Assembly (NCBI GenBank): GCA_017499595.2
Contig: CM038998.1
Coordinates: 1,984,001 to 2,048,000, forward strand
Length of the DNA: 64,000 nt
Direction: 5' to 3'
Source of the DNA: Psilocybe cubensis
Taxonomy: Eukaryota
Under the pieces are notes generated by a model, which saw only the letters and a program-made list of their open reading frames with translations, did not search any database and was not told the origin of the DNA. Both the position numbers and the translations under genes were made by a program. Positions 61,218 to 64,000 of the stretch are shown here, one piece after another. The first letter of the stretch is position 1; every line of letters begins with the position of its first letter.

Positions 61218-63001
61218 ATGTCTGATAACAAGAAACAAGAAAAAGATTTCAAGCCTGAAGTGGACGAGCTGCTCCCACAGGCGGACGCCTTAATCAAGGT
61301 GCTGTTTTAAATTACATTCATCCGTCATTTGCTGATGCTAATTATCCCTTAATTACTTCATCGTTAGTCTGGCAAACTTCAAGATGGACTGGACAGGTTG
61401 TTCAGCTTGGAGAAGCAGACACGAAATGTAACCCCCATTCTCGTGCTTCAAATAAATAACTAAAAGTTTCTATTAGGCCGCCGATCCCACTTCTACCACA
61501 CGATTAGCCACCGCAGCGTTACAACATTGCTACGATGCCAAAGACTATGACCTTGTAAATTCGACAATTACGATGCTCAGCAAGAAACACGGTCAATTGA
61601 AGACAGTGATTCATTCTATGGTCGAACTCGCTATTTCATGGCTTCCAGAAATAAAGACCAATGGCGGTTTGGAGAAGTGGCTTCAATTGTTGGAAACCTT
61701 ACGCAGTGTTACCGAAGGCAAAGTCAGTCCTTTGCCATGCCACAACACCGTCCAAGCCTTACTTTTCTGTAGATCTTCCTTGAAACACCGCGAGCTCGTG
61801 TCACTCGACTACTTTCGCAACACCACGAAGGTCTCAAAACTAAAGACTCACTGCAAACTGCGTCGGATCTGCTTTCAGAGCTGCAGGTAGAAACCTATTC
61901 GTCAATGGAGCGAACGGAGAAGGTCGAGTTTATTATTGAACAAATGCGACTGCTTACGGCTCTCGCGAAGCAAAAGGATTTGGCGGTGGAGAAGAAAGAT
62001 GGCAAAGACTCCCTTGGGGGCGGTGAAGCGGAATGGATCAAGGTTCGTGTAGGCGGTCGAAAGGTCAATGAAGACTTCCTGAAGCAGAAAGAGAACCAAG
62101 TACGTCTTGGAGTTTACTCCCGTATCAGATCTATTAACCGCTTTCTATCTACAGGAGTTGAAAATCAAATATTACAATCTGATGATTACACATGCACTCC
62201 ATCACAATGCGTATCTAGATGTCGCTAAATATTATCACAAAGTTTGGGAAACACCTTCTATCAAGGAAGATCCCGTGAAGGGGAAAGCTGTGAGTAACCT
62301 TTACTGCGAAACTTTCTCGTTCGTTTACAAATCCCATTTAGACATTGGAACGCATCGTCTATTATATTGTTTTGGCGCCTCATGATAATGAACAATCCAA
62401 TATGTTGCATCAAATACATCTTGATCCCGCTCTGGCGAACGATGACTTGAAACTTCACTAGTGTGTATTTGATGTCGTAACCCACACCACAGTGCACTGA
62501 CTATAGTCTAGTGGACTTGTTAAGGAGTTTGTGACGCCAGAAATTTTGCCGTGGTCAAAAGTATCTGAAAACTACGGTGGCTTCCTGCGGAAAACAGACG
62601 AGTTCAAGCAAGATAAATTATGGGAAGACCTTCGTCTTCGTGTGATTGAGCACGTACGTTCCAGTCTTGAAAATAGTTATGAAATTGTATTTATAGATCT
62701 GCAGAATATCCGTATTACAGCCCAATACTTCACTCGGATCCATCTCACTCGTTTGACGAAGTTTCTGGGTCTGCAAACCGTGAAAGAAACAGAGGAGATC
62801 CTCACAAGACTCGTAAATTCCGGTACTATCTGGGCTAAAGTCGACCGTCCTGCAGGTATCATCAACTTCAGGAGCAAACGTAGTGCAGAAGATGTTATGA
62901 ACGACTGGAGTTCTGATATGCAAAAGTTGCTCGGTCTGGTAGAAAAGAGTTGGATGGGAATGAACGCTGCACAGGCTGCACAATCTCGCGTGAAATCATG
63001 A
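61218..63001 (+). CDS. RPN5: 26S proteasome regulatory lid subunit Rpn5 (PSMD12)
   Basis: LEKQTR, LSKKHGQLK, VTEGKIFLE, LQVETYSSM, RVIEHNIR and AKVDRPAGII. Confidence 0.95.
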
Positions 63002-63108
63002 TCTTGTACTGTACCCACTATAGCATAATAGTTACCTTCTTTTCATTGCATCAACTAACAGCGTCGGAGCATTGAGAAAATGGAATGCAATGGAAACATT
63101 TAGGTGCC

Positions 63109-63976
63109 TTAGATACTATTTTTCAGCCCCATTGGATCATGCTTGTCGATTTTTGTGGTTGTCGGAGCCACGCTTCGTACGAGGGCCGGCATATAGTTTG
63201 GCTTAATGCCTTGTTGCCATAACCTGGCATAATCCTTTCCTTCTGACCATTGTCCTGCGCCATGGTTCCTGTTCACTATCGCTTTCCATCGTTTTTGAGC
63301 CGCAAGAGAGCCTTCGTCAAGCTCCTCCTTGCGGTCCCAAGTCGCCAGAGACTGTTTCTGGCGGACGAAGGATTCCTCGATATGTGAGGGGCCAAAGGTT
63401 GATCCGAGCTGTTCAGCTTCTAAAACAGCGATTCTGGAGGCAACGTGGTGCTCTGAGCGCAACGTACGGAACTGGGCGACGGCGCGAGAGTAAGCCTCGT
63501 TCAAAGTTACGTTGTGATATTGGTATAGATTTAGGGCAAATCGTATTGCACTGCAGATGCTCGTATCATAGACGGACAAAATACAAAGCGAGAGATGCTT
63601 ACTCTTCCGGCGCTGGGTTGCGACCCCACTGCCTAAGGCGAGTCCAGGCCTCGCCGGTGATGAAGTTGGGGTCCTGAATACGGTCGGTCTCGATCAAGGT
63701 TGCAGGTCGGAAGGTTTCAAAAGGGTGGTCTGTGAAGAAGCGGCGGCGCAGATAGTCTTCGAGGTAGAAGATGGGCTGGGGCCTTGTGGTGTATTTGGAC
63801 AGCTTCTTTGTAGGTCGCTGGTCATATGGGGTGCGAGGAGGAGGGGCCTTGGGCGGTAGGGTGAGCGGGGGATGGTCAAGGACAGCCTGGAACCATACGG
63901 GCTCCTTTTGTATGTAATTGGCACGCAGCAGACGGGAGACCTGCTGGTGAACCTGAGAGGCTATTCTGCGACCCAT
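63109..63976 (-). CDS. RSM25: Mitochondrial small-subunit ribosomal protein mS23 (Rsm25)
   Basis: EPVWFQAV..HPP, LEDYLRRRFFTDHPFE..RP and AYSRAVAQFRTLR; one intron. Confidence 0.85.
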
Positions 63977-64000
63977 CGTGGCGCGTCAATGAATTGAATT

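Overview
Gene-dense, intron-rich fungal nuclear DNA. Short (~45-75 nt) spliceosomal introns and the protein content point to an agaricomycete (mushroom-forming basidiomycete); the species cannot be determined. About 25 protein-coding genes can be reconstructed by manual splicing. Housekeeping genes include MED7, SF3A2/PRP11, RRP5, Tea1/Kel1, S-formylglutathione hydrolase, a MEK1-like FHA kinase, LSG1, SEC8, a Mit1/CHD remodeler, SLD2, RPN5 and RSM25. Also present are a 4CL-like acyl-CoA ligase, two alpha/beta-hydrolases, a CYP512-like P450 and several hypothetical proteins. No rRNA, tRNA, CRISPR array or transposon was recognised. The most notable observations are: (1) a fungal protein with the architecture and catalytic motifs of bacterial apolipoprotein N-acyltransferase Lnt; (2) a candidate spliced 24-aa Cys-containing micropeptide gene missed by the ORF track; (3) a BCL7-like small protein; (4) a tandem, kelch-only duplicate of tea1; (5) catalytic motifs of three enzymes on 8-11 nt microexons beside GC-AG introns; (6) two convergent genes whose stop codons abut. 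All family assignments come from motif recognition by eye, not database searches, and exon boundaries are manual predictions.
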